Source of the DNA: Felis catus
Lineage: Eukaryota
Assembly (NCBI RefSeq): GCF_018350175.1
Contig: NC_058368.1
Coordinates: 180,608,001 to 180,672,000 of the forward strand
Direction of reading: 5' to 3'
Length of the DNA stretch: 64,000 bases
Notes under the pieces: model-generated
Seen by the model: only the letters and a program-made list of their open reading frames with translations
Databases searched by the model: none
Told to the model about the DNA's origin: nothing
Translations under genes and position numbers: made by a program
Part shown: positions 37,701-50,849 of the stretch, in pieces
Layout of the letters: each line of letters opens with the position of its first letter
How positions within the stretch are numbered: the stretch's first letter is position 1

Positions 37701-40149
37701 AGTTTCACTGTTTGCCTTTAGGAGTCAGTTTAACACAAAGTCCAGTTCAGCCAGGTGGGCTTGAATTTGCTGGCAGACCTACCATGGGGATCACCTGTGC
37801 TGGCATTCTGTACACTGTACAACAGGCTTTATTGGATTTGGCAGCATTGAGAAGACCGAGTGCTTCCCTATTTTGAACTTGTAGAGTATCACCCTGGGGC
37901 TATTATGACAGAGATGTCCCCAACAGGATGCCCCTTTAACTTCCAAGAATGAATGTGTGTGTATGTGAAAACTACACATGATGGTTTGTTTGAGTGATTC
38001 TTTGAGAGGCACGATGAAGGAATATAAGGAGAAGCCTTGGCTTCCATTCTGAATAGTCAAATGAAAAGCACAAGGTGATTCCTCCCAAGGCAACAAAAAA
38101 GCTATCTTTTTATATAGTCAGGTATAAAGAAATACTTAAGTATATAAAGAGATGGCTTTTTAAATCTACATACTTAAAAAAAAATTCAGTATTGATTTTG
38201 ATCTATTGGGATGAGCCACAACAGACTGGCTGATTCTGGATGTTCAATCAGTTGCACTTCCGACTGGATTGAGGAGGGATTTCTAGGGGTTTCCCGTGAG
38301 ATCTTTAAAGTTCTCACTCCCAGAAAAGGCAGTGTCACTGGACTCTAGCGAAGAGTGTCCTGATTTGCGGGATCAGATGCGAAGCTGACGGGTATGACAG
38401 CCTTTGTAGCTCCAGTGTCAATAAGTCTAGTTAGCTCTTCAGCACATGCATTTACAATGGCCAGGTGTTTCGCTGGGTTTGCATCTGCCTCTGAAGGATG
38501 TTTATGGCATGCTCGCATGCAGAGAATGTGAATGATTATAGTGGAACATCATGCTGGGAACTGTTCCCAGGAATCAGTAGCCTGATCTGAGACAATTTGG
38601 AAGGAAGAGCAAGGCAATCTAGAAAACGGAGGATACTTGTGCTCTGCTGTCCTGGGAAAAAGATCAACAGGTTTACACTGCTGTACTGGAGTCTTCTCTC
38701 TGGGTCATGCCTGAAAAGCCCAAGTAATTCCCCTGAGTAGAGCAGGACACAGAGCATATATGCCCATAAAGCAGAGGAGAAGGGGGAGGACAGGGGAATG
38801 GTGTAGCAGAGCCCTTGAACCCAGTCTAGAGGGGAAAATGTTGCAGAGTTCCAATCACTCCTGGTCAATAGGAATTTCTTGGGTGTTCCACTCATGGCAA
38901 CTCAAAGAAGATCTTTGTTTCTGGCCCTCCCTGCACTGCTCTGGTTTCTGTCCCCGTTTTCCATGACCACTACTGCTAATTCACTGTGGCCAAGGAGAAG
39001 GCACAAGTGTCAGTTCTGTACGGGAAAACCTTCTCCTTCACAGTTGTAATTCTATCTGCTTAAGGAAGAGAAGGGAGACAGGGAGGGGCTCTGGACAGCA
39101 TGAATTATTGGGCACTGTTACTAAAATACAGATATCCAGATTCCTGCAGATACCTATTTGGAGTTTCTAGGTTGTGAGCATTTGCCAGAGTAGCATTTCA
39201 GAGCATGGCATCACACCAATGACCAATGCAGAGATGTGTTGTAATGGGTGCAGATGAACCATGCTAGGCCTGCCGAGAAGTCAGATGGGCACACACACAT
39301 GCATGCACACACAGACGTGTACACACTCACACGCACGACAGGAATTAGTCACTGGCTCAGTTTGCTCATATATATTGTTGAGATCTGGGGCTTAGCTGTC
39401 AACTGGAGCAGATGGAAGGAAGATAAGCCAAAAAGGGCAGCAGAGGAGGCAGTAATGGGAAACCTTGTCTGTGCTTCTTGAATGCTGTAATTTGCCAATA
39501 GTGTAGACCATGGATTTAAACCAATGAGTCAACCTAGCTGCCTGTGTAAAATACTTTCTAATGCTGCTCACTTCATGTTTGGGGGCAATAGCTACCTGCT
39601 TGCCTCACGGGCTTATTGTGAGGTTGACTGAGGCAACACAAAGTCTTTTGAGCTCCTTGGAGAAAATTCACTTTGTAAGTGCAAAGTATCACCATTATAC
39701 CCTGGCAGTGAGACTCCCACCAGCAAAAACCAGTTACCAGGAGAGTAGGGACATCAAAGAAAAGAAGCCAAAGCTGTCATTGCTTTGACATTGCTCATTC
39801 CAGGCAAATGATGTTCCCTAACTTGGTACTAATCTTGTACTGGAGCTTAGCGTCAGTGGCCACAGATGGGTGATCCATTTGGCCCCCAGCCCTGTCTGAA
39901 TGGCTTGTATAGCATTTCAACAAATTTTGAATTGCTTGCTAACATTTGAAAATGGGGAGAATATGCACAACAATCCCGATATCTGGCTTCTATTGAAAAA
40001 TCAGAAAATTTGGTAAAACTAGGTTTGCATTTCTATATGGCAACATTCAGTGGGAGGTGGGTCATGTCTGGCCTCCACAGAAGGGGCATTCACTCTCCAG
40101 TTTATTACCGTTCCCTGATGTCTTACACTCTTTTCAGTGCATTCATATA

Positions 40150-40172
40150 CTTTTTCTTTTCTTTCTCTTTCT

Positions 40173-40224
<52 letters not shown>

Positions 40225-40238
40225 TTTTTTTTTTTTTT
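40150..40238. repeat. (TTTC)n plus poly-T, the decayed poly(A) tail of the 7SK retrocopy
   Basis: Read directly; abuts the 7SK 3' end. Confidence 0.92.
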
Positions 40239-40240
40239 AC

Positions 40241-40567
40241 AGAAAGGCAGACTGCCACAAGCAGTGCCTCATTTGGATGTGTCTGGAGTCTTGGAAGCTT
40301 GACCACTCTATGTTCTCCTACAAATGGACCCTGAGAGCTTGTTTGGAGGTTCCAGTAGTGGGTATGGCTACTCTTATATTCTTGACCCAGGAATCATCCT
40401 CTTCTATGGGGGAAGGTCGTTCTCTCTGACCAAGCACACAACTTTGGGAGGGATGCACATGGAGCAGTGAAGAGGAAGGGGACACCCGCCTAGCCAGCCA
40501 GATCAGCCGAATCAACCCTGGCAATCAACGGGGTGACAGATGTCTCAGCCGGATCGCCCCCACATCT
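40241..40567 (-). pseudogene. RN7SK: Full-length 7SK snRNA retrocopy (RN7SK pseudogene)
   Basis: Reverse complement reads AGATGTGGGGGCGATCCGGCTGAGACATCTGTCACCCCGTTGATTGCCAGGGTTGATTCGGCTGATCTGGCTGGCTAGGCGGGTGTCCCCTTCC...CCAAATGAGGCACTGCTTGTGGCAGTCTGCCTTTCT, collinear with 7SK. It is followed by a poly(A)/(GAAA)n tail and has many CpG transitions. Confidence 0.95.
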
Positions 40568-41454
40568 ACGTACATTGTTCTTGCCTCATCCACATAGGGG
40601 TGACTGAGTTTACAACTCTTTCTATGGGCTCTTCCCTCCCTTCCCTTCCCATAGGTGATGAAGATACTGAATTCATAGTGCCCTCATCATGCCAACTCCC
40701 CTAACAAAGGAAAGGCCTGTCCACCCACCTCCTGCCAGGGGAGAAGGAAAGAGAATTTGGTTTATCCCACTTCTTCCCTTGCCAGTAATTCCACCCTAAA
40801 ACCTCAAGGTTTTCATACTTAGAGATGTCCAAGAAATAATCCAACTAAATTAGATTATAAGCATTGAAAGGTTTCCATAATAAATAAAAATATAGATATA
40901 GCTAAGAGAAGATGAGATTTAATTAATGAGTGTTATTTAACAGAACAAGTTGTGCCATATACGGAGGATTAAAAGATAAAAAAGGATAGGAGGGAAAATC
41001 AAATTTTAATGAGTTGCCATCTTCATTTGATTTAACTAAATTTCTTCCGCTGTTGAAAATATTAACACTTATGAGGGAGTCATTTGTGTGTATCCACGCA
41101 GTTTGATACCTGGCTGCTTTCTTTTATGTAGTTACATTGTGCTACAAATGAATTTAAACTACCTTTGGAAGTTTAAGGTTTCCATCCTTACACTGATCTC
41201 CTTGGGAAGCTGTTAGCAGGAAACAGCATTGAAAAAGAAACCAAAACCAACTGGCAGAAACACCAGAAAGGGTGCCCTGCATTAGAAAACAGCAAAGTCT
41301 CATGTGGGCAAAAAGACAGCTAAGATCTGAAGCTCCTTGGACTGTTACCAGCCTCTGTGCCAATCACTTCTTTCTTAGCCCTGTAGCCCAGGGCCTCACC
41401 CAGGGGAAGTTTATGTTGCACCCAGCACTCATTAGGTGCTCACTAGATGTTTCA

Positions 41455-41482
41455 TGAATGAATGAATGAATGAATGAATGAA
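41455..41482. repeat. (TGAA)n at an L2 3' end
   Basis: Read directly; preceded by an L2-like cccagcactcattaggtgctcac. Confidence 0.85.
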
Positions 41483-41889
41483 GTTGTCATTGCTCAGCTG
41501 GAACCAGATGGAGGAGGTGTGGACCTCAGACATGGCATAGGATGATACACATGTGGCTCTCTTCTTTATGTTTTTAATAGTCATGTTCCTGCAACCAGCA
41601 GTCAGATCCTCACTGGGCTGTTTCTCTCTCCCTGCTTTGCTCTTGCTCCCTGTGTTCTCCTTCTTACAGTCATGGAATCCACATGTCCCAGTGAGATTCT
41701 CTTGTAGGAGTGGAACAGGAGGTGGGCCCAGACATCTGGGTTAACACAGGACATTTAGCACTCTGACCTCTCTTTTTGGAGTTCTGGGCCCTATGGGTGG
41801 CTGTGTGCCAGCCCTACTGCTTTTCATAAATGTCCACTCCGCAAAGAAATTCCGGTAAGGGCATGAACATGTAGTGCTGATGATTTTTA

Positions 41890-42080
41890 AACTAACATTT
41901 ATGGAGCATCAAGCACTGTGTTAAATGCTTCACTGATGAGTGAAGTGCTCCCCAAAGTAGGACACAGGTATCACTATTCCCAGTTTCCAGATGGGAAAAA
42001 TGCAGGTACTGAAGATAGAGAACTTGCCAAAGATCACACAACTTGCAGTGGATGGGGGCTGAATTGAGGTCTGTTTGATC
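41890..42080 (-). mobile_element. MIR
   Basis: aacatttatggagc...caagcactgtgttaaatgctt...cccagtttccagatgggaaa...aacttgccaaagatcacaca. Confidence 0.65.
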
Positions 42081-42768
42081 TAAAGCTCATGCTTTAGTTG
42101 ATTCTAAAGCTCATGCATTTAACTCCTTTGCTACATAATCCCTATCACCAGCCCCACCCTGCGTATACATTCTAACTACAATTGTAAAGCACTGACAGTG
42201 AGTGTTAATAGTTAGCAAGGAGGGAAGATGTTACATTCTACAAACATAACTTGCTGGAGATATTGGGAGTTTGGAGTGGGTGTTGATGTGTATTATGTTT
42301 CAAGCTGTTTAATTCTGGGTAAACTAGTTTCTGTCTAGGCTAGGCTTCTGGATGATATGATAACATTTCCTGCATCAGACCCCCAGAGAACAGGTCTGTA
42401 AGTGAATGCATATAGATCTTTCTTGGTCCCATTAAATGGAAATAAAAAGTTAAATTAGTTCATATTCAGAGTCTGGTGAGAAGCCGATAGCAACATGCTT
42501 AAGGGACCCAACTCAACTTGCCTGCATTCCCTGGATTAATAGGAAAAAGCTCATTTCTCTTACCACCTCTAATATCTTCTTCAATCTCTCTCCCTATTCA
42601 TGGGAATTGCTATCATCAGTGACATTTGGGCTTCCAGGGCTCACATACACCTAATGTAGAGAAACAATCTCACTGCCTATTGCCAGGATGCTCTCTGCAA
42701 AGCAGAAGCCACTGCCTTGAGTTTCGTGTCATTAGAGAGAGCACATTTCAGTGCAGTAACCTGACCGG

Positions 42769-42778
42769 TGATTGACAG
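42769..42778 (+). promoter_or_regulatory. PBX-MEIS/PREP decamer (candidate)
   Basis: TGATTGACAG exact match in unique sequence; motif match only. Confidence 0.35.
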
Positions 42779-44371
42779 CTTGCTAACTTGTTGGAATGAA
42801 ATCGGGTACAAACGTTTCCTCTGTGCTTCTGAGGTGGTTATTTTATAATCTCCGGGAGCCCCCACCCCCTGGCATTGTTTCTAGACAACTAGACAGGGCT
42901 GTCTGGCAATCCCTCTTGAAGTTCAAGCATAATTTTAAAAATAAAGAAATGCAATTCACACTTATCAGAGCCTATCTCTCTGCTTACAGCTCTAGACAGA
43001 TGACCCTTCTGAGCCAAGTTCTAACCAACTTCACTGCTAATTTGACCAGGTGCTGCTGCAGCTAAATTTGGAAACTGTGGGACAGGATTCTCAGCAATTT
43101 AAATCCCTATAGACAGCAATTTTGTGGGACTTTTTGTCTCTAGAACATCGGTTAACCCCTCCTTTCTCTGGGGTCTCGTGGGATGTGGTTTTTGTAATGT
43201 ATAGTTTGTGCTTGTGTGGTGTTGGGGGTCACACACAATTAGAGTGAGCTGCCCTAAAGAGCCATGCCAGAAACTGCTGGAAACCTGAAGTCTAAGGGAC
43301 ATGGAAGCAGTTGTGTCTCCATTCCTTTTGCAAAATAATTCATATGAGAATGGGAGATCACAGGGGCTCTTTGACTTGTCGTTGAGCTGGCTGAAAATGG
43401 AAGCAACCCTGAACCTAAATGAGAAGGAACAAGGAGGTTTTCTCAATGGGCTGGTTGTGTAGACGATAGGGGTCCTAACTGATCTGAATTGGAATTTAGA
43501 GGCTGGGTGTGTTTGAAGAACATGTGAGCCTCCCCCAAGACCCCCAGGTCTATGGAGGGTGTTTGAGGTGAGGGAAGGTGAGGAAGCAAAAAGGATCCTG
43601 TGTTGTCTATTCTATAGTCCAGCCGTGGGACAAAACCATGATGGGTGAAAGATGTGCTAGGGGCAAAAAATGAACAGCTGTTTTCTCAAAGGTTTTTGGA
43701 ACCAGCTGATAAAGATCCCCAGTGTGGAGGAGTGTGGTGTTCTTTCCTTCACTGTGTAAACACAGTGGGGCTTTAGTCGAGTGGGCACAAAGGGTATTGG
43801 ATGGTAAATCCCTGGCAGTAGGGGAAATACCGTGGGGCTCCACTGAAGTGAGTTCTGTAAGCAGCAGATCACCACGAGGGGACCAAGCCTGAAGAATCCA
43901 AATGGGCTGAACATGAGCATGTGAGACACCCTTGAAAACTTCTAGGAATGTTTGGGATGAGAGTGGGGAGTGAGCTTTGCAGTTGGGATGAGCCATGAAA
44001 TTGGAGAGATGATGTGAATGATTCCTTACTTGTGAGACAGACTTACAGGGCTCGGAGTGATTTGGGTTCTGTCAGTCTTAGAATAGAACCCATGACAGGC
44101 TAGAGTGTGTCCCTGTTCTATTTTAGGAGTGTCTTGTGTGACCTACCCATCTCATTTTGACTGCCATCCCACCTCACTTGGAAAATTATAAAAACCTCTG
44201 CTAAATTAATCTCCTTACTTGACCCTTGTTGGCCAGGAGTCATCAAACACATCTTCACTGATCTGGGAACAGAAACCAAGTTATACCACCACGGACCATA
44301 AAATGAGGTCGCTTGTGGAGAATACCATTGTGCAAGTTACAGGAAAAGACTGAGAAGGCTACTTACAGATC

Positions 44372-44373
<2 letters not shown>

Positions 44374-44402
<29 letters not shown>
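44374..44402. repeat. (AAT)n microsatellite
   Basis: Read directly. Confidence 0.9.
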
Positions 44403-44404
<2 letters not shown>

Positions 44405-45962
44405 GCAAAAAAACAAAAAACAAAAAACACTGTCTGGGAGCTTTTAATTACTTTGCAGATATTTTGTCCTATCAGTGAGGACAAAACAGGCCTCCCCCTT
44501 ATTGATTACAATGAAAATATGCTTTTAAAAACAAACGCTTTATTTAAAACTAGGGATATTTTTTTAATTAGAGGAAAGATTAACTAAATGCATTTTCTCT
44601 TGTAATTTAATCCATTCTAATTATCCTGAGAATGTTTATGATGAAATACTTAGCTTTCTCCTAGTTGCTATTTCATGTGGTTTCTTTCTTTATTAACCAT
44701 GAAGGAAAAAGCTCAGAGGCCGTCAATGGCATGGTGGCCTTCTGTGGGTCTACTTATAATTATGCATTCAGATGCATGATGAAAAGGATGAAGAGGAAAT
44801 CAATAAACCCTGACTGTGGAGGTTTTTTTGAAATGCTGGTACCCTGTTTTCCAACGGCAATAAAGACAAGACTTTTGAAAAGAGCTCGTGAAATAGAGTG
44901 CTATGAAAGAAGTGTTTGGTATAAGATTGAACCCTATTAGGCAGGCAACTTGGGAGGAAATGCAAAATCTGTTTCTTACATAAACATCTGGGATACTATG
45001 TATGGCTCCTGATAACCCAGGAGATGAGCAAGGAATTGCAAAGAATCCCCAGATGTTACTCATGGGTGTTGCTCCAAGGAGTCATGTAATTGTACCACTG
45101 GAGGAATGAGGGTAATCGTGCAGTTCACTGGGCTGAGTAGGGGACAATCAGTGCAATTCTTGAGTCTCCAAAAGGCATTTGTAACTCAGCTGAGTTCAGA
45201 GTTGAGTCTCCCTGAGTTATTCTTTGAATTCAGAGTCATGAGGAATGGGAAAGGAGTCCAAAAAGGAGAGACCAGGACAAGGTAATCTAAGAGACACTGA
45301 CCTGGCAGCATCTTCAACGTGAGAAATGCCAGGTTCCTTCTTAAAGGAAGACAGTGTCCTTCCAAACTCCTGTAGAGTATGTCTGTGGTCCCTAGTTTGA
45401 AGAATGCTGGCTTAAAAGAATTGAAGTTTTATTCTATTCAATAATAATTCCAATCTAATACTTCAAAGGAAAACACTTTTCTTTTGAACTGTACTTATTA
45501 TAAAAATGAAACCCAGAATTAAAAGGAAATTCTCATAGACCTCTTGGCTTCTCTGGAATGTGTCCAAAAAAATCTAGATGGAGAAATTTTGGTTGAAAGA
45601 AGCAAACCCCAATTTCATAATAAGTCTCCATTAACATGAGGATATTCAGATGTTTGATTCCATGTGTAAGTGGGCTGTTTGGTAAAATAAGCAGGTTCAA
45701 TTTCCAGGTAAGAGAGCTAGTTTATATTTCCCTGTAAGAACCCGATGCCAGTGAGTTATAGAACAAAACTTTGCTTGGGAAATTGGTAGTGGGTAGGTGT
45801 TATTTTTGAAATGCTACTAACTGCTTGATGGGTTGGAGGCAGTATATAGGAAAGGCAGGTTGAAGGTAGCAGAAATGTCTTAATGACAAATTTATTTTGA
45901 TAGTCTTCCCTTGCTTTTATCTGACATTTGTAATAGATAATGATGATGGTGATGGGCCTGGG

Positions 45963-45963
<1 letters not shown>

Positions 45964-46004
<41 letters not shown>

Positions 46005-46027
46005 CGACGACGACAACAACAACAACA
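45964..46027. repeat. Compound (GAT)n(GAC)n(AAC)n trinucleotide repeat at a MIR tail
   Basis: Read directly. Confidence 0.92.
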
Positions 46028-47697
46028 TTAGCTTACATTTGCTTGGCTCTTGCTTTATGGTAGGAACTGTGCTAGTACTGTGCATATAACTCAGTGAGGT
46101 AGGTCATCTTTTCAGTATTCCCATTTACAGACAAAGAAACTGAGGCACACAAAGGTGAGGACACCTGCCACGATTTGATCTCAGATAGACTGACATGCAA
46201 GCCTGTATGTTAAGCAGTTCATCATGCTTGTCTTGCCCCGAATCCAAGTGAAATGGACACAGATGGATAAACCTGTACTCAACACCATATTTTTAAAATA
46301 AAAAAAAACAAATATAAAGGAATAAAGTGGACTCTGATTATTCAGACTATGTAAGTTTTTCAATGGAAAAAAAATCTCATAGTTAACCATATATAAATTG
46401 GACCTGAGATGCTAGGGATGAGACGAGCAGATAGACAAACAAAAAAGTATCATCAAAAAAGCATCATCAGCAAAGCCAACATTACACTGTATCTTGTCCT
46501 CTCATGTAAAGTGTATATTATTGGATCCTACATGGAAACCCTCTCTGTGCCTTGCAGAAGAGAGAAAGGTTTCAATGTGCTAGAGTGGTCCATTCGTATA
46601 ATTTTGCATCAGAGTAATAAAATTCAGGAGATGGACCAGTCCTTAGAGATCATCTCATCCAAGTGTGTTCTAAATTCAGTCAATCACATATTGCTTTCGT
46701 GATATTTGCAATATCTGCACTGTTATTTACTTAATATTTTTCTTTAAATTTACTCAGGCCTGATATTGGTACCCAATTTTGCCACATCCCTTAGCAATAA
46801 TACCAGTATATTCATGAGTTTGATGAGGTAGTTATAGTTTTTCCAAATATGTATTTTTAAACACTCTATGTAACTATTCAACAAAATATATTTGCACACC
46901 AATGAAAAGCATTTCATGTCTTTGGACTACACTCTGTAAAGTGATTATATGGTCCAACCCCCTCATTTGCAGCAGGAAGAAGCTGAGGCTGGGAAGATGG
47001 GTGACTACTTCAAAAGCACCCAGAATGTTTGTGGCAGAGCCAAGCCTAGAACACAGATCTCCCCCTTCCTCCATCAACCTATTCTTCATGACAGCACCAC
47101 AAATAAGACAGAGTGACGAGCAAATGTCCATCACAAATATCTAAAGGGAGCTCAGATCTCTAGGGCCCTCTTTGTGTTCCTTTCCTTTTAATGTAAAGTC
47201 TTGAGGGAATAATGTGGGATCTGAGAATCAAAGACTTGGAAGGAACTGGTTCTTAATAGATTGAACAGTAGATTCTTTGTAGAAGCTCAAGTGACAGAGC
47301 ACTCACTACATAACATGATGGCAGAGCATCTCCCCCTGCTGCTTTTCTTTTCAGCAGCTCTTATTCTTACATGTTTTCCTTTGAGTGTAGAATCTTCCTC
47401 ATGCTAATTTTCACCTGTGGGTTTCTGTCCTCTAAGAGTCCCAAACTGTAACAGTCCATATTAAGGTATTTACTTGTTGAGTCAGGCTCTGGCACAGTGG
47501 GCCACAGGCTGGTACATCAACAGGACCATCTAAACTATTAAGGGTATGGCACATCAATGCTCCAAGTCACTGTTCCTCCACAGAACTAAAACATCAAGGC
47601 TCCTTCCACTCTTTTCTTTGTTGATGGGAGCTCCTTTCATGGGCACATATTACTAAATCACATAGGAAACAGTACAAAAGACCATTTCCACTTGCAT

Positions 47698-48822
47698 AGC
47701 CCCACATGATCCTAGGAATCGAGTCCTCATGATTCTGAAATGCAATGGGAGATCAGGACCACACAGACAAAAGAACCAAAATAACCATTCTGTGAATGGT
47801 TGAGCCATTAAGTTAGGGTGAGCCTTATTTTCCAACTAATGTTTAAAGCCTTTCATCAACATCCAGGCCAAGAAAGGCTCATCACACTTTCTTGTGATGA
47901 GAATCTTATTACTTGTAAGACATTTTTCTCTTTTGATTTTATTTTTTGAGTGCATTGAAAAAGTGTTCCTGTAACTTCTACCTTCAAGTCCTTGTTCTGA
48001 GTTTGGGTAAGGAAACCTGGGTAGATTGCCTGATCCAGACTCAAAGAGAACTTCTGGGCATGTGGTGGTTCTTGATCTTCAATGAGGAGGCTCACATTTT
48101 GGGCACATTGTGGGGGGAAAAATCAGAAGTAGAACATCTTTTGTACCCCACAAAAAGCTTGTCCATAATCTTTAACAGTGAAAGACCATCCCTTCAGGTT
48201 TTCACTTCACAGAAGAATGGAGCTCCTAGCATAGGTTCTAATAAGAGCCCCCGGAGGAATAGGTTAATTAACCAATCAGAGAATTAGCTGCTCCCACAGA
48301 CCTGGTGGTAAGGATGGCTCCACAGTGGCTAATTTCATCTCAACTTGATCTCATTGTGGAGTCATGAAAGCTTGAATGTTCAAGGATAATAGCTACAAAA
48401 AAATGTTTTCATGACCGAGAATGAAACTGGAACAAGATGCAGAAGCAGCTGTATTCAGTCTGAAGTTGGTTAATTTTGATAGTCACTTCCTTCCCATCTT
48501 GTTCCCTGTAGCTCTCAAGCTCTCTCCCTCTTGGACTGTGACCCTGTCTACTTCTGATGACAATCACTTAATCAGCACATCAGATTGTCGCACGGCTGGT
48601 TTTACCTTGGGTAAAGATTCATTTTCCTTATTAACATCACAAGAACCTATTTCCTTCCCCAACCAATTAAAGATGAAAAATAGAAGGGCCCAGTGCAATA
48701 GCGAGAAAAGAAAACTGTTCTGACTTGTGGCACACAGCAGGTCACCCAGCCCCATATGGGCCTGGGAATCGAGTCCTCATGATTCTGAAATGCAGGTGGA
48801 GGTCAGGACCACACAAACAAAA
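47698..48822 (+). repeat. ~75-bp direct repeat, copies 1050 bp apart (47698-47772 and 48748-48822)
   Basis: Identical 30-bp core ggaatcgagtcctcatgattctgaaatgca plus tcaggaccacaca in the same register. Confidence 0.9.
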
Positions 48823-50849
48823 TAAATAGTTGTAACAACCACTACAGGCATTGCTCACTACCCAGACATCAAACAGTTCACCTAGGGTGGGTGCCTGGTG
48901 GTGGTGGATTTATTCTGTGGGTGTGTTAGTTTGTATTACTCAGAGCGGATGTCTGGACAGCCCACAGTCAGCAGATAATAACAACAATCCTCAATTAGCA
49001 TTTAGTTTCTCGGCTTGCATTCTGCGGCAAAATGTTATTTCTCCCTTGTACTTCGCTCAATGATTCTGTATGCAAAACACACTAACAATTACCTCATTTC
49101 TTTATAACAGACACTTGTTTGAGTTTACTACAATTCACAGTGATTTTTGACCTATTCTGTAGTCCCTTTATGCCTTGCTGGCATGGTCTTTGGATGGTCT
49201 TCTGAGGTTCAATCCCCAGTTCAGTAAGGCATGGCAGGTGATAGAAACAACAACCCATTTTAGGATTATGTTTAAAGAATAAAACTAATCTAACCACACA
49301 GTGCACTTTCTGATTTATTCATAAAAGTAAACTGCAGCTTATCCAAATAATACTAATATATTCCAAAGATAAACATGAATTGTGGTTCATTTGGATTCAA
49401 AGCATATTTCTTATCTATGCAATTCTGTAGGTTTTAGCCATACCTTATATTTAACTTGTTAGAAAAATGTAATATAAGAATGATTGCTTGGTAGAATCCA
49501 GTCTACCAGTATGTTCACTTTAACAGTATTGAAATGTTATACCTTACATTTAAATCTTTAGTAATATGTACTAAATTTCCAAATATAAAAAATAATAATT
49601 CAGCTGGAAATTCCAGAAATTCACTTGACCAAACATGGATAGATCCTACTTGATTTTCAGAAGTCCATGTTTTTATCCTCACTTCCCCCTTCCACCCCCA
49701 TCTATATTCTTGCTTTCTCCAGCAAAATAAATGTGATCCACAAATAATGATGCAAGTTGTTCAGGTGACTGTTGGCAATGATTTTAAGAACACCACCTCA
49801 CCACAACCTTTTGAAAATAGGCTGCAGACAACCCTTGTGCCCCAACACTAATCACCTAGGCTCTGCCTTACCTCAAATTTCCTAATGTGTTGTTTACAGA
49901 CTAGGTGCCATTTCATTCTTATTTATTTTCTCTTTTCAAAATACAGCATTTGAGGCTTTGCTTGGAAAGGACCAAAAAGCCTCTCTTTCTTTTCTTTTCT
50001 ATCCCTGAGGAGGAGGACCAATTCTGGGCTTGTAAATTGTCACATTTACTTAAAATGAATTGACAGGAGTGTCTGCTCAAAATAAAAGTCTAAACCTCCA
50101 CATAGAAGCTTGGAGGCCAGAGGTTGAAAAGGAAAACAAACAAACAAACAAACAAAACAACAACAACAAAAAACCAATTATGTGCATCCAAACATCTCTA
50201 CATTCTGAATAGCAAATCTCAACAACCAAGATATGTTTGGCTTTTCTAGAACAAGTCCCAGTGAACACAACCATGAGGATACAGCACCTATCTAGAAATG
50301 AAACTAGGGAGCTCTAGTTCCTCACAAGAAAAGACTTTGGTGACAAATACTTTGTAAACTTACATAGAGTGAACCCAAAAGTCACGAGAGATCACAGTTC
50401 TGGACAAGACACTTCCCTGAACCCAAACTCCTTTCATTTACTTCCTTTACCTGACACATGAATTTGCCTGTTTTCTATGTCTCCCAAGAGCTCATGTATG
50501 TTTAGCACACACACATGTAAAACTTGAACCAGCCACTTCAAGTAGCAGAGACATCTTCTCCCAATCCATCTCACCCATAAGACTGCTAGAACGAAACATC
50601 TCCTGTGTTCTCTTGCTGGCCATATCCCCATAATTTCCTACTGAGACTAGAGGTGTCATCATCCCATTTCAGCTTCAAGGCTCCAGACACACTTCATTCA
50701 ACCATTATTGTCTCCCTACTTCCACACTGGACCTTCTCCCTTTGTCTGACAACCTTCAAATCATAGCTGGAGGCCTTTTCCTAAAGTGAATGTTGGCCAG
50801 CCTCTCTCTTCTCCTCTCGATCCATCAAGCCCTGTACAACTCTCCAATT

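Larger units (their letters stand above)
39855..40620. mobile_element. Old hAT-Charlie (MER102-like) DNA element interrupted by the 7SK retrocopy
   Basis: aacatttgaaaatggggag...atctggcttctattgaaaaatcagaaaatttgg before the 7SK tail, and tgagtttacaactc after its 5' end. Family name is from memory only. Confidence 0.45.

Noticed and set aside
48606..48646. Possible 41-nt cassette (atag|GTTC...CAAG|gtaaaa)
   Set aside because: Purine-rich acceptor region and frame-shifting length; no supporting motifs.
49523..49570. Possible small exon near ttag|TACAT...gtaagg/gtataa
   Set aside because: Poor pyrimidine tract; neither donor gives a frame-preserving length.
50668..50692. Short similarity to the 7SK 3' region (cagcttcaaggctccagacaca)
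   Set aside because: About 22 nt with mismatches, no tail or TSD; compatible with chance.
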